Shown here: piece by piece, positions 49,001 to 58,813 of the stretch
How positions within the stretch are numbered: position 1 is the first letter of the stretch
Layout of the letters: each line of letters opens with the position of its first letter
NCBI GenBank assembly: GCA_963669175.1
Contig: OY769902.1
Span: forward strand, 1,248,001 to 1,312,000
Reading direction: 5' to 3'
DNA from: a bacterium
GTDB lineage: Bacteria > Electryoneota > Electryoneia > Electryoneales > Electryoneaceae
Length of the DNA: 64,000 nucleotides
Made by a program: the position numbers and the translations under genes
Notes under the pieces: model-generated
The model's database searches: none
What the model was told of the DNA's origin: nothing
The model's input: only the letters and a program-made list of their open reading frames with translations

Positions 49001-49102
49001 AGCTTCAACAGTGAGATAACCAGCTTGAACGGCGACCGTCAACGTCAGCAGTAATGCAATAACTGCTGTGAGGAGGACGCCGGATCTCAGTCTCGCGTAC
49101 AT
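46034..49102 (-). CDS. Secreted S8 (subtilisin-like) serine peptidase with C-terminal beta-rich domains and a YPNPFN sorting domain
   Basis: IIDSG, HGTHC, AAGN, SGTSMATPH triad motifs; QPYPNPFN...GVYF...KMMLLK. Confidence 0.93.
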   Translation of the reverse strand: MYARLRSGVLLTAVIALLLTLTVAVQAGYLTVEAGRMLEDGQDGELFYAVAFMKEGPDIEGYRFAVEGLPRKERTRIVWRLVNQRAERCQQDILEQLDKRFREGSVESFRSLEILNAVGIHATEEVIRELAARADVDRVIPDIPRPLWFAEQGPDVGNNELDELVWSVEMINAPEVWEQGFTGDSVLVGIIDSGVNYNHEDLADHMWDGGDEYPNHGYDFGDNDNDPMDQNGHGTHCSGSICGDGTGQYATGVAPDATLMALRVSLSIDESAQQTVWDAQDFALEHEVDVTSMSMGYIEGWNPDKTAWRQAYEVLDAAGITNIVAAGNERSTQPPNSCRTPGNVPSPWRNPDETGEGERGGVISVGATDDQDMYASFSSRGPCTWESVDDYEDWVYNNGADPGLIRPDIAAPGEDVLSCSMNGGYTTMSGTSMATPHIAGVCALLLSKNWELLPVHIDSILQISGLDLGNPGKDNDYGAGRIMCDSAIANAQFPIGILEGLVVDGNTGEPVENVHVSLPGTVYESLTDAHGWYQMDALMGTQAVEYNLPPYHVHVEESVEIISQDTTTVNVILQVGIFTADTESLVVTLDNEFTANEEFRITNNGNGGLTISMTPLPIIELDEFMDPVFALDASELTGDTRLNGAAYHNGIFYIAGSNMYINPNKIYMINEDGEYLGSYDQAGSDNPDASSTGMHDLAFGDDLLWGSDNNMIYGMDPTHGETVRSFEGPYTPNRAIAYDDYNDILYVADYMHNIVAMDPEDGEVLDEIDLYTRINGLGYLGPRQDGFTLWITCREDNLFGKLYKMNPTTGETVFVDTLATGNQEVYGFSFAEGFQGYYQIGFGISKVEGRDHLVGWEWDVQVPWVELDPPYMYLEPTEYNVIDAIFDGETLKNGTYTGYIKFEHDGFEPADSIFMRLIVDFDGVPGSEVDDGLPKEFALDQPYPNPFNESAIVQFALPKAAHVELIVFDILGRQVTTLQQGEMRPGYHNLHFDGAGLSSGVYFLRMKTDQGYQRTVKMMLLK

Positions 49103-49314
49103 GATGAACTCCGGCTCGTAGATGTTCAAACGACACTGGATACCCTCTTTGTACATCCAGTGCGAATACACTAATATAAATAATATAAGGTCATCAGGAG
49201 ATTATTGCTCAGGGACACTCTCAAAAAGCAGGAAATGGCTCGAAAAAATGAAGTAACTGTCGTGGAGGATTCCGGAAGCGAAGCAGATACATCTGCCAAA
49301 AGGAAGCAAAATGT

Positions 49315-49646
49315 GGCTGTTCACAAGAATTTGTGCATATTATCGACGAGCACGTTTTGTCAGGTCTTGACGTGATGCCTTTTCTTGTTCTTCTCCGTAA
49401 TTTCAGATATCTGTCCGACTTCACACCTGCTATTTCGCATGATAGATCGTCATCAGGCGTCACGTTGTGACCTGACGACAGCGAGAGTGCTGATACCGGT
49501 GGCAGGTCACAACGCGACAATAACAGGACGAGAGGCGGTTTCAGTATCATCGTGCATTCAGGAATACATAGCGAAAGCTGAAAACGTAAAGTCGCGTCAA
49601 GAACTGCCACAACATTGCCCTGATGCACAAATTTTTGTGAGGAATT
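49315..49646 (+). mobile_element. Family G MITE-like element, 332 bp
   Basis: Near-identical to 31378-31709 with the same TIRs. Confidence 0.88.
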
Positions 49647-49652
49647 CAAAAT

Positions 49653-49691
49653 AAAAAACCCGCACCTCTAAAAAGAGATGCGGGTTTCTTT
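49653..49691 (-). terminator. Terminator downstream of tRNA-Ser
   Basis: AAAAAACCCGCA...TGCGGGTTTCTTT. Confidence 0.75.
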
Positions 49692-49717
49692 ACATGCCGC
49701 CTAAGGCGGTCTCCCGG

Positions 49718-49805
49718 CGGAGAGGGTGGGATTCGAACCCACGGTGGGCTTGTGACCCACACTCACTTAGCAGGCGAGCACCTTCGGCCTCTCGGTCACC
49801 TCTCC
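49718..49805 (-). tRNA. tRNA-Ser(GCT), long variable arm, CCA not encoded (CCG follows)
   Basis: GGAGAGG acceptor stem, CTGCTAA anticodon loop, GGTTCGAATCC T-arm, G discriminator. Confidence 0.96.
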
Positions 49806-49825
49806 GATTGCCTGCCCAAGCCGTA

Positions 49826-49854
49826 AAAGTAAGAGAATCCTCTTCCCGAGGCAA
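49826..49854 (-). promoter_or_regulatory. Sigma70-type promoter of tRNA-Ser
   Basis: TTGCCT-N17-TACTTT 20 nt upstream of the tRNA. Confidence 0.6.
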
Positions 49855-50104
49855 ATACTCTCTGGGCGAGTGGAGACAGGTCAGGGCAGCTCGCTTATCA
49901 TCCCAAAGATTCAGCCCAACACTCACGCGAAAAATAAACTTAGTGTCTACATATTAATGGTTTAAAAAAATCAGCCTTGAAGTGAGAGATAGTCAAATTA
50001 GCAAAAAGGAAATAAAATCCAAAATAATCAAAAACTGGTATATCCTTTGCCATATTTGTCAGCAACAGGGAATACCAGTCCCAATGTGATACAGGGAACC
50101 GACC

Positions 50105-50584
50105 ATGTCGCTGTCATTCGGCACAAATTCAGAAAGGGAAGTGAGCTATTCTCTTTGCAGGAGTTTTCAGGGAGATATCGATCCGGGAAAGATTGCCGAC
50201 AGTTTCCTTGCCGGGAATCAAACCCCGGATGAGTTTATCACCAGCCTGGTCAACCTGATGCCGTGCAAATTGGATCGTGCAAACGGGTGCCGAACTCACC
50301 TGGTCTCAACTCTGGACATCGCCAATATCATCATTGATGCATTGAAAGAGCGGATTTCCGGATCTGGCAAAGAAATGTTGATCGACTGGATGCACAGCAG
50401 GGGACTGGAAATGCATATTATTGCCCGAAACCGGAAACTGGATAGAATCAACCCGCTGAAGTATCTGCTTGAAGACAGTGATTTTTTTCTGCATCCCCAT
50501 GAAACTTACCTCGAACTTCTGGAAGATGTCCGGCAACTTGCAAAAGCCTGGCATATGATCCTGGCCTCCACGAATGTTCATTGA
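50105..50584 (+). CDS. Hypothetical protein
   Basis: 159-aa ORF with ATG after AGGGA; no recognised motif. Confidence 0.55.
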   Translation: MSLSFGTNSEREVSYSLCRSFQGDIDPGKIADSFLAGNQTPDEFITSLVNLMPCKLDRANGCRTHLVSTLDIANIIIDALKERISGSGKEMLIDWMHSRGLEMHIIARNRKLDRINPLKYLLEDSDFFLHPHETYLELLEDVRQLAKAWHMILASTNVH

Positions 50585-50740
50585 GTTTTGTTACAATCCC
50601 GACTTTGCCCATCAGTTTACGATTTCGAAAAGCCCTGTTTCTGAACCAGGTACACCTTGATATCAGCACCATCACTGGGCAAAATCAGGCCACCCGGTCG
50701 CAGGAGTAGGATAAGAAAGCATAGACATAGTTGTATTTTT

Positions 50741-50987
50741 ACTCCGAAGGAGTTGGATAAGATTCAAAATGAATTGTGTTGCTTCATCAATTCAACCTTT
50801 ATACAACCCTTTCAGGGTTGAAGTAGTGGTAGTTGTAATACCCCGGGTGCGTGCCAAACAGACGGCAAGTACCCGGGGCTCACCTATCCAACTCCTTCGG
50901 AGTTGCCGGGCGGAGTTGCAGGCGGATCAGCCCTTTGGAGTTGCTATTCGGATTTGCCAGACGGAGTTGCCAGGCGGAGTTGCCAGA
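50741..50987. repeat. Family D element followed by a degenerate 13-bp tandem (CGGAGTTGCC core, about 7 units)
   Basis: ACTCCGAAGGAGTTGGATA / TATCCAACTCCTTCGGAGT ends; AAACAGAC-loop hairpin at 50841-50878. Confidence 0.8.
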
Positions 50988-51241
50988 TCGCCGACAACAA
51001 TCAAGCTTTTCAGTCCTGGCAGCTCTTGAAAGAAATGTCTCCTGTTTACGAAGTCAAATTGAGATAGTCAGCAGTTTGATCTCAAACACATACTTCTCTG
51101 ATGCGATTTTTTTTCATTCAGTATAGACCAGTTTGATCCCCCTGCCCCCTCATCCTCTGAACCAATTTAACCCCACAGGAACCCCGGTTCTCGGAGTCTC
51201 TTTGTTAAACCCTTCCTGTTTGACGCGTCCATATAGAGAAG

Positions 51242-51267
51242 CTAATATGTAGCATCCTACAGATTAG
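51242..51267. promoter_or_regulatory. Putative MarR operator
   Basis: CTAATATGTAG-CATC-CTACAGATTAG dyad (10/11) upstream of the MarR gene. Confidence 0.6.
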
Positions 51268-51312
51268 GATTCGACATAGTTTTTAGTGTTTATTAATGTG
51301 GAAGATAGAGAG

Positions 51313-51756
51313 ATGCATAACAGCCAAAAGCATAACATCGGGCACACGGCGTTTCTCATGCACATGGCTTTCAGGAACCAGGTCACTGAGCGTATGAGTG
51401 AGCTTGGGCTGAACAAGGGTGAATCATTTGCCCTGATTTTCCTTTCAGTGCATGGGCCGGAATGCCTGGTTGACCTGGCGCATCATTTTGGGATTGCTCA
51501 TCCCTCGATGTTGCGTCATGTTGATACGCTCGAGAAGAATGGCCTGGTGGAGCGTGTTCCTGATCCGAGTGATCGGCGAAAAAAGAAGATCCAGATTACG
51601 GCCGCAGGGCGTGAAATGCTGCCCAAAGTCACGCAACACTTGCAAGAGGTAAACGAAGAAGCGATCAAGGGGGTAAGTCCGGAAGATGTTGAACAGTTTG
51701 TGCATGTCATGGGAAAGATTATTGCAAACCTGAAACCGGAGACAAGTGACAAGTGA
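51313..51756 (+). CDS. MarR-family transcriptional regulator
   Basis: LEKNGLVERVPDPSDRR...ITAAG. Confidence 0.93.
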   Translation: MHNSQKHNIGHTAFLMHMAFRNQVTERMSELGLNKGESFALIFLSVHGPECLVDLAHHFGIAHPSMLRHVDTLEKNGLVERVPDPSDRRKKKIQITAAGREMLPKVTQHLQEVNEEAIKGVSPEDVEQFVHVMGKIIANLKPETSDK

Positions 51757-53213
51757 AACACGCCCACTTCAGAACCCGTAGATCGTGGCTACCAGGCATC
51801 CTGCTGCTATTGTTTGCAGTAGCAGGTTTATTCCCTGGCTGTGCCGGGTGGCGATCTGTGAGGGAACCTGAACCGCTTGAAACACCAGCAGAATTTCTAA
51901 TGGCGGACAGTATACATGCCTGGCAGGATGAAGCATGGTGGCCGTCGTTCGGGGATACGACCCTGAACAAGCTGATGGATGAAGCGTTCAGTGAAAACCT
52001 GACCTTGAGCCAGAGCACTCAACGTCTGATGCAATACAAAGCAGCATTGACATCAGCCCGCGCCACCTGGTTTCCCGGCATTTCTGCTTCCGGCAGTTAT
52101 ACTGAATCGGATTACCTTGAGTCAGATAACAGCGCTCCCGCCACAGGCCAGAGCGGCGCGACAACGACTGTAAGTGTCGGCCTGACAGCGACCTATGAGA
52201 TTGATCTGTGGGGAAAGCTGCACGCCAACCGTGGAGCGGCCTACGCTTCCTATCTGGCTGGCCGGGAAGATCTGCGGGCGCTAATACTGACTACATCCGC
52301 CAATGTTGCGCGCAGTTATTACACGATAGTGGAACTGAAGCAGCATCAGCAACTCCTGCAGAAAACAGTCCAGGCTTATACGGATAATTGCAACCTGATC
52401 AGGGAACGCTACGAACGTGGTGTGTCGGCATCGTCCGATGTGTACCAGGCTCAGTCAACCCTGTCCAGTGCAAAGGCGCAACTGGCCCAGACGGAATCCA
52501 ACCTTGCTGTCGCCGAGCATGCCCTGTCTGTATTGCTGGGTCGTTACCCGGAGACGGGAATCGTACCGGCTGATATCGAGTTGCCGATAGCCATTGAGGT
52601 TCCGCAACCGGGTATTCCCAGCGAATTGCTGAAAAGGCGTCCGGACGTGCAGGCGGCATACCAGAGCATGGTAGCTGCGGACCGTGAAGCTGCTGCGGCA
52701 GTAGCCAGCATGTTTCCTTCGATCAGTCTGACCGGAACACTTACCGGAACAGGTGAAGATTTTGACGAAGCGACTGATCCCACCAATATCCTGTGGCGAG
52801 CGGTTGGCAGTGTAACCCAACCCCTTTTCCAGGGCGGTCAGTTATACGCCAATTCCAAGCGAGCAAGCGCGGTGTGGCGGGCATCGGTGGATGCCTATCG
52901 TCTGGCCGCGCTTAGCGCATTCCAGGATGTCGAGGACGCGCTTATCCAGGGCAAGAAGCAGCTCGAATATGTGCAGCATCTGGAAACGCAGACACGCGCC
53001 GCAGAAGCAACCCTGCGACTGGCAAGGGATAATTACCTGCAGGGGGTGACGAACTACCTGACGGTCGTGGTTGCGCAGAACAGCTACCTGACAGCGGAGC
53101 GAAACCTGATCAGTGGCAAGCGTGCATTGGTGGAAGCCCGTATCAGCCTGATTACCGCGCTTGGCGGCGGCTGGACGGAAGATGTGATTGAAAACCATCT
53201 GTCGATGGATTGA
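51753..53213 (+). CDS. RND efflux outer-membrane lipoprotein (NodT/OprM family)
   Basis: Lipoprotein signal, WW..FGD..L, YEIDLWG, RRPDV, ALGGGW. Confidence 0.93.
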   Translation: MKHAHFRTRRSWLPGILLLLFAVAGLFPGCAGWRSVREPEPLETPAEFLMADSIHAWQDEAWWPSFGDTTLNKLMDEAFSENLTLSQSTQRLMQYKAALTSARATWFPGISASGSYTESDYLESDNSAPATGQSGATTTVSVGLTATYEIDLWGKLHANRGAAYASYLAGREDLRALILTTSANVARSYYTIVELKQHQQLLQKTVQAYTDNCNLIRERYERGVSASSDVYQAQSTLSSAKAQLAQTESNLAVAEHALSVLLGRYPETGIVPADIELPIAIEVPQPGIPSELLKRRPDVQAAYQSMVAADREAAAAVASMFPSISLTGTLTGTGEDFDEATDPTNILWRAVGSVTQPLFQGGQLYANSKRASAVWRASVDAYRLAALSAFQDVEDALIQGKKQLEYVQHLETQTRAAEATLRLARDNYLQGVTNYLTVVVAQNSYLTAERNLISGKRALVEARISLITALGGGWTEDVIENHLSMD

Positions 53214-53229
53214 AAGAGGTGAGATAGAG

Positions 53230-54402
53230 ATGAGTCCCAAACTACGCAAATGGTTACGCCGGTTAATACCTCTGTTTATCGTTCTGTTTGGCGCAATGTC
53301 CATGATCGGCCTGGCCATGACCCGCAAGCGTCCTCAACGGCAGGAAGTGCATACAGCCGGAGCATTGGTGGATGTTATCAAGGTCAGCCAACAGAGCCGG
53401 AATGTCCTGATCGAAGGAACCGGCACTGTAGAACCACGCTACGAGATATCCCTGATTCCGCAGGTTTCCGGCAAGATCGAATGGGTGCATCCCAATTTCG
53501 AAGCGGGCGGCTGGTTCCACAAGGGCGACACGCTTGTTCAGATAGAAAAAAAAGATTATGAGCTGGCGGTACGTCAGGCCGAAGCCACAGTTGCACAAGC
53601 CCAATACCAGGAAATACTGGCGCGCGCCAATGCGGAAATCGCCAAGCGCGAATGGGAAATCATGCAGGGACAAAGCGAGGACAATGCATCCAGTTCGCCT
53701 GATCCACTGGTGCTGCATGAACCGCAATTGCGTCAGGCTGAAGCATCCCTGCAATCTGCTGAAGCAGCGTTGGACAAAGCGAAGCTGAACCTGGAACGCA
53801 CAGTTCTGACCGCTCCGTTTAACTGTATGGTTCGTTCGGAAAGCGCCGCAGTCGGGCAGTTGGTCAGCACGGCTACGGTCGTTGGCACACTGTACGACAC
53901 TGGCATCGCTGAAATCGAAGTAACCATGCCGGTTTCCGACCTGTTGTGGGTGCCGATTCCCAACGCGTATGCGCGTGTCGATTACAAAACAGGCAACAAA
54001 ACGTACTCCTGGGATGGGCGAGTTGACCGTAAGATCGGTGTTGTTGATGAAGTCGGACGTATGGCGAGGCTGGTCGTGCAGGTCAAGAATCCTTTCTTTG
54101 CCAAAGGCGGAGATCGTCCCTCGCTTGATGTCGGCTCTTTTGTCAGTGTTGAGATTGAAGGACGCGAAATCGAGAATACCGTACCGCTACCACGTGCAGT
54201 AATCCATGAAAACAACCAGGTTTGGGTTGCCTTGCCGGACAGCACTCTGGAATTCCGTGATGTAAGCCTGTATCGTCTGACCCCCGATGAAGCATTGATC
54301 GAAAGTGGTGTGAATGGCGGTGAAATGGTCGTTACAACCTCCATCACTGGCGCTGCGCCGGGTATGAAGCTCCGTATTCAGGATAACGGGGAGGAGCAAT
54401 GA
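53230..54402 (+). CDS. RND periplasmic adaptor (membrane fusion protein)
   Basis: PQVSGKI, coiled coil, LERT..APF. Confidence 0.93.
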   Translation: MSPKLRKWLRRLIPLFIVLFGAMSMIGLAMTRKRPQRQEVHTAGALVDVIKVSQQSRNVLIEGTGTVEPRYEISLIPQVSGKIEWVHPNFEAGGWFHKGDTLVQIEKKDYELAVRQAEATVAQAQYQEILARANAEIAKREWEIMQGQSEDNASSSPDPLVLHEPQLRQAEASLQSAEAALDKAKLNLERTVLTAPFNCMVRSESAAVGQLVSTATVVGTLYDTGIAEIEVTMPVSDLLWVPIPNAYARVDYKTGNKTYSWDGRVDRKIGVVDEVGRMARLVVQVKNPFFAKGGDRPSLDVGSFVSVEIEGREIENTVPLPRAVIHENNQVWVALPDSTLEFRDVSLYRLTPDEALIESGVNGGEMVVTTSITGAAPGMKLRIQDNGEEQ

Positions 54403-57400
54403 ACAGAGATAAAGGCCCAATCGCATACATGGCCTCAAACCATGTAGCGGCCAATATGCTGATGCTGGTATTGGTGATTGGCGGGCTCGTCATCGGCAGT
54501 AGTATCAAGCAGGAAGTTTTTCCTGAAACCGAACTGGATATGGTGTTAGTTTCCGTGGCCTATCCGGGGGCGACACCCGCAGAAGTGGAAGAGGCGGTGG
54601 TACGGCCGGTTGAGCTTGCCATCAGTGGTGTTGATGATGTTAAAAAGGTAACCAGCTCAGCTAACGAGAGTGTTGGAACCATCACTGTTGAGGTGCTTGA
54701 AAACGGTGATGTGGATATGGTGTTGCAGGATGTAAAAACCCAGATCGATCGTATTCGCACCTTCCCGGAAGAGGCCGAGCGTCCGGTTATCTCCAAGGTG
54801 ATTCCTACACGACAGGTATTATCACTCATCATCTTTGGTGATGTGCCGGAACGGTCGTTGCGTGAAATTGCGGACCAGGTGAAAGATGACCTGCTGGCGA
54901 AAGAAAATATCACGCAGGTTACGCTGTCCGGCGCCCGTGAATACGAAATCTCCATTGAGATTCCCGAAGACAACCTGCGTAAGTATGGCTTGACCTTGCC
55001 CACAGTGGCCAGCATCGTAAGCCAGGCCTCCCTGGATATGGCCGGTGGCACGATCAAAGATGAATCCGGTGAAGTCCTTATCCGGATCACCGAAAAACGC
55101 TACACCGGGACAGAATTCGACTCGGTGAAAGTCTTTACCATGCCGGACGGACGCGAAGTCCTGTTAAAAGATATCGGTGTCGTCAAAGACAGTTTCGAAG
55201 AAAATGACATGGAGGTTCTGTTTGACGGCAAGCCATCCATCATGGTTCAGGTATTCCGTGTCGGCGAACAAACCCCCAAAGAAGTATCGCAGACGGTCAA
55301 GGATTACGTTGCGTCTATTGAAGGACGTTATCCACCGACTGTACAGTTTGAAATCTATAATGACAGTTCCGAGGTATTGCAATCCCGGATAGACCTGCTG
55401 CTGAACAACGGTATGCTGGGATTGATCCTCGTCGTTGTCATCCTTTCCATGTTCCTGGAAATCAGGCTTGCGGTATTTGTGGCAATGGGTATTGTCATAT
55501 CGTTCCTGGGCGCCATGCTGTTTATGCCGTCACTGGATGTTTCCATCAACATGATGAGCCTGTTCGCCTTCCTGATCATCCTGGGTATCGTGGTTGATGA
55601 TGCCATTGTGGTGGGTGAAAATGTGCTGGTCCATCGAAGAATGGGCAAAAGCCTGTTGCGGGCCTCCATTGACGGTACTCGGGAAATGTCCATGGCCGTG
55701 GTTTTTGCCGGGCTGACAACCATCGCAGCCTTTGCCCCCCTGCTGTTTGTCGGTGGTTTCTTCGGCAAGTTCCTGGGCGTTGTGCCGGTGATTATCATTA
55801 CCGTGCTGATCATTTCACTGGTTGAGTCCATTTTTATTCTTCCCGCCCACCTGAATGGCTGGCCTATCACCAGCAAAGCGCCGGTCTGGGACAAGATCGA
55901 AAACCAGCGGAAGCGTTTTGATGGATTCATTGGCTGGTTAATCGACAAGACTTATGTAGATTCACTCAAATGGAGCACCCGTAACCGGTATATCACTGTG
56001 GCGATAGCCATTGCGGTCATGCTGATCACATTTGGTATGTTTGCCGGTGGATTTATCAAGTTCAGCTTCATGCCTTCCATCGAGGCGGATGAAGTTGTAG
56101 TGACCCTGGAAATGCCTCCGGGCACAACATTCCTGGAAACAAAAAAGCTGGCAGAGGAAATTGAGGCAATTGGCCGTGATCTGGTGGCAAAGTCGGACGC
56201 AGAACGTGGCGATGGACTTTCCAACCTGGAACACGTCTTTACCATTGTCGGGCAGAGTTTCAGTGGTGGTGGTCATCGTGGTGGATCAAATACGACATCG
56301 TCGAACCTGGCCCAGATTCGCCTGCTGTTGACCGACCCGGATGTTCGCACAATCAGCTCACCTGTACTGGCATCCAAGTGGCGAGAAGCCGTTGGTGATG
56401 TGCCCGGTGTCGAACGTCTGCAATTCCGTAGCGATTTGATCAACTCAAGCGCGGACATGGAAGTACAGCTAAGTCATACGGATTTTGACGTGTTACTGGC
56501 TGCTTCCGAACGACTGAAATCCATGCTGTCCGAATATGCCGGCATGCAGGAAGTGGATGACAGTTACACCGAAGGCAAGCGTGAGCTGAAACTGAAGCTT
56601 CGTCCCGAAGCAGCTTCGCTTGGCATTACGGAAGCCAGCCTGGCTCAGCAGGTGCGTGGCGCGTTTTACGGGTCGGAAGTTGCACGAATCCAGCGTGGTG
56701 AAAACGAAGTAAAAGTAATGGTGCGCTACCCGGAAGAGGATCGCAGAACCTTGATGAGTATAGAAAAAATGCGCATCCGTACAGCTTCCGGTGAAGAAAT
56801 ACCCTTCAAGCAGGCCGCCTATATTGATGAAGGACGCGGGTACAGTACCATCCAGCGAACAGACAGACGCAGGGTTGTCAGTGTAACAGCTTCGGTGGAC
56901 AAACGCACTGCCAATGTGGACGATATCATGGCGGACCTGGAATCAACCATGTTACCGAAATTGCTGTCTTATTATCCCGGGTTGGCCTACAGTTTCGAGG
57001 GACGGAGCCTGGATCAGAAAGAGTCACTGCAAAGCATTCTTCGCGCGGAAGGTTTCGGCCTGTTCCTGATCTTTGCTTTGCTGGCAATTCCATTCCGAAG
57101 CTTCTTCCAACCGTTGATCGTGATGAGCGCGATCCCGTTTGGTGTTATCGGCGCAGCCATTGGGCATCTGTTGCTTGGCTATCCGATTACCATGATTTCC
57201 ATGTGGGGTATTGTCGCGTTGACCGGGGTTGTCGTGAACAGTTCGCTGGTGATGATCGATTTCATTAATCGTGGACGTGCTGATGGAATGGATGTGGTTG
57301 AGGCGGTTCACGAATCAGGACGACGTCGGTTCCGTCCAATCATCATGACTTCGTTGACCACATTCTTCGGTCTGATCCCGATCATCCTGGAGACATCCAT

Positions 57401-57611
57401 ACAAGCGCAATTCCTGATCCCCATGGCGATCAGCCTCGGATTTGGTGTGCTGTTCTCCACGGCCATTACCCTGGTGCTGATTCCCTCGCTTTACCTGATT
57501 CTGGAGGATATCCTGAATTTGTGGCGGGCGATTTTCGGCATGGAAGTCGAAGAGATTAAAACCGATCCGGCGCAGGTTAGCATTCAAAGCGGAGGCGGTC
57601 AGATCGAGTAA
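54399..57611 (+). CDS. RND efflux permease (AcrB/AcrD/AcrF family)
   Basis: N.VAAN, GIVVDDAIVVGEN, GVVVN, RFRPIIMTSLTT. Confidence 0.96.
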   Translation: MNRDKGPIAYMASNHVAANMLMLVLVIGGLVIGSSIKQEVFPETELDMVLVSVAYPGATPAEVEEAVVRPVELAISGVDDVKKVTSSANESVGTITVEVLENGDVDMVLQDVKTQIDRIRTFPEEAERPVISKVIPTRQVLSLIIFGDVPERSLREIADQVKDDLLAKENITQVTLSGAREYEISIEIPEDNLRKYGLTLPTVASIVSQASLDMAGGTIKDESGEVLIRITEKRYTGTEFDSVKVFTMPDGREVLLKDIGVVKDSFEENDMEVLFDGKPSIMVQVFRVGEQTPKEVSQTVKDYVASIEGRYPPTVQFEIYNDSSEVLQSRIDLLLNNGMLGLILVVVILSMFLEIRLAVFVAMGIVISFLGAMLFMPSLDVSINMMSLFAFLIILGIVVDDAIVVGENVLVHRRMGKSLLRASIDGTREMSMAVVFAGLTTIAAFAPLLFVGGFFGKFLGVVPVIIITVLIISLVESIFILPAHLNGWPITSKAPVWDKIENQRKRFDGFIGWLIDKTYVDSLKWSTRNRYITVAIAIAVMLITFGMFAGGFIKFSFMPSIEADEVVVTLEMPPGTTFLETKKLAEEIEAIGRDLVAKSDAERGDGLSNLEHVFTIVGQSFSGGGHRGGSNTTSSNLAQIRLLLTDPDVRTISSPVLASKWREAVGDVPGVERLQFRSDLINSSADMEVQLSHTDFDVLLAASERLKSMLSEYAGMQEVDDSYTEGKRELKLKLRPEAASLGITEASLAQQVRGAFYGSEVARIQRGENEVKVMVRYPEEDRRTLMSIEKMRIRTASGEEIPFKQAAYIDEGRGYSTIQRTDRRRVVSVTASVDKRTANVDDIMADLESTMLPKLLSYYPGLAYSFEGRSLDQKESLQSILRAEGFGLFLIFALLAIPFRSFFQPLIVMSAIPFGVIGAAIGHLLLGYPITMISMWGIVALTGVVVNSSLVMIDFINRGRADGMDVVEAVHESGRRRFRPIIMTSLTTFFGLIPIILETSIQAQFLIPMAISLGFGVLFSTAITLVLIPSLYLILEDILNLWRAIFGMEVEEIKTDPAQVSIQSGGGQIE

Positions 57612-57631
57612 GGATTGCCAGTCTCGGGGAC

Positions 57632-57910
57632 AAGCAGGCGAAAAACGGGACTGTTACCTTTTCATGTTTCAAGTGTAGAAATGACATAGCAGTAAAGACG
57701 AAAAGGTAACTGTACCAGGTTTTCTGCCTGCTGCTACAGGCTGTTCCGTGCAGGAAAATGCCGGGACAGCCACCTTTTCGCATCATGGTTTTCAGAAATC
57801 AATAACTTTGCGTTTAAATAATAAATGGTTAACAGTTTACAACATGTTTTGCATGCGAAAAGCGTGGCAGTCCCCATTTTCCATCGGAAATTTCCATTGT
57901 CTATCGAATT
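57632..57910. repeat. Family A1 composite element (diverged)
   Basis: Colinear with 19673-20009. Confidence 0.85.
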
Positions 57911-57985
57911 TGCTCTACACATCCATAGTCAGGCATGAGAATTTCTTGATTACACGAATCAACGAAGCACTATAAACTTCAACTT

Positions 57986-58738
57986 CTATTCCCAAGTCGA
58001 TTCCACACGGGCCAGTTCATGCTGGTCCGTTTCTCGTATAAGTAGATGCCGCCATACCTGTTTCTGCTCTGAGGACTCAAGCGCTGTTTTTGAGGTCACA
58101 GTGTCATGGTATAAGGCTTCCGCGCGGAACAGGATATCCAGGTCACGTAAGCATTTCCCCTCACGAACGTCGCCCGGAATCGCCTCCATCGCCCAGTTGA
58201 CATAGTGGACGCTGTTCAGGTGATGATTGGTGTCCAGATCCTCTTCACGTACCCGGAACTTCACTTCATGCTCGGCCTGTTTCAACCCACGGACAATACG
58301 TTCCGCGTAGGTCAACGCCCGTACTGGAGTATTCGGATGCAGGTTCCGGACATTGTCCGGCATGGGGACAGCCTTGCGTGTGGTAGAATCAATGATTGCC
58401 CATGATGAGGTGCCCCACGCGATAATCTGGCCATTCGCGTGTACCAGGTAGTCACGATAAGCGCCCATCCGATCCACCCCGGAAGGCCAGGTTGTGACCT
58501 TGATCTCCTCACGCACCTTTGGCCAGGCGCTGAACCTGACACGGATACGGTTCAACACCCATGCGATGTTCTGTTCATGCAGGGTCTCAAGGGACATGCC
58601 CAGCTTGAAGGCGTGCTGACCGGCCGCTTCCAGCAACAAAAGCACAAAAGCGCCTGGGGTTATCCGGCTTTCTTTCCCGATCTCGTAGCCACGCACGGTG
58701 AATTGGGTACGATGCGCGTTTTCCGGTGGGGTAATCAT
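57986..58738 (-). CDS. Acyl-ACP thioesterase (double hotdog)
   Basis: VTTWP, YRDY, DLDTNHHLNSVHY; start moved downstream of the terminator. Confidence 0.9.
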   Translation of the reverse strand: MITPPENAHRTQFTVRGYEIGKESRITPGAFVLLLLEAAGQHAFKLGMSLETLHEQNIAWVLNRIRVRFSAWPKVREEIKVTTWPSGVDRMGAYRDYLVHANGQIIAWGTSSWAIIDSTTRKAVPMPDNVRNLHPNTPVRALTYAERIVRGLKQAEHEVKFRVREEDLDTNHHLNSVHYVNWAMEAIPGDVREGKCLRDLDILFRAEALYHDTVTSKTALESSEQKQVWRHLLIRETDQHELARVESTWE

Positions 58739-58760
58739 GGTGTGTTCCCGGAGGTTTGTT

Positions 58761-58791
58761 AAAAAGGGCCACCCCAAGCGGAGTGGCCCTT
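58761..58791 (-). terminator. Intrinsic terminator after the tectonin-like gene
   Basis: AAAAAGGGCCAC...GTGGCCCTT. Confidence 0.7.
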
Positions 58792-58813
58792 GTGATACTC
58801 TGTAAACATCGGA

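Noticed and set aside
49718-49805. tRNA-anchored genomic island or prophage
   Set aside because: No integrase and no duplicated tRNA 3' end seen in the window
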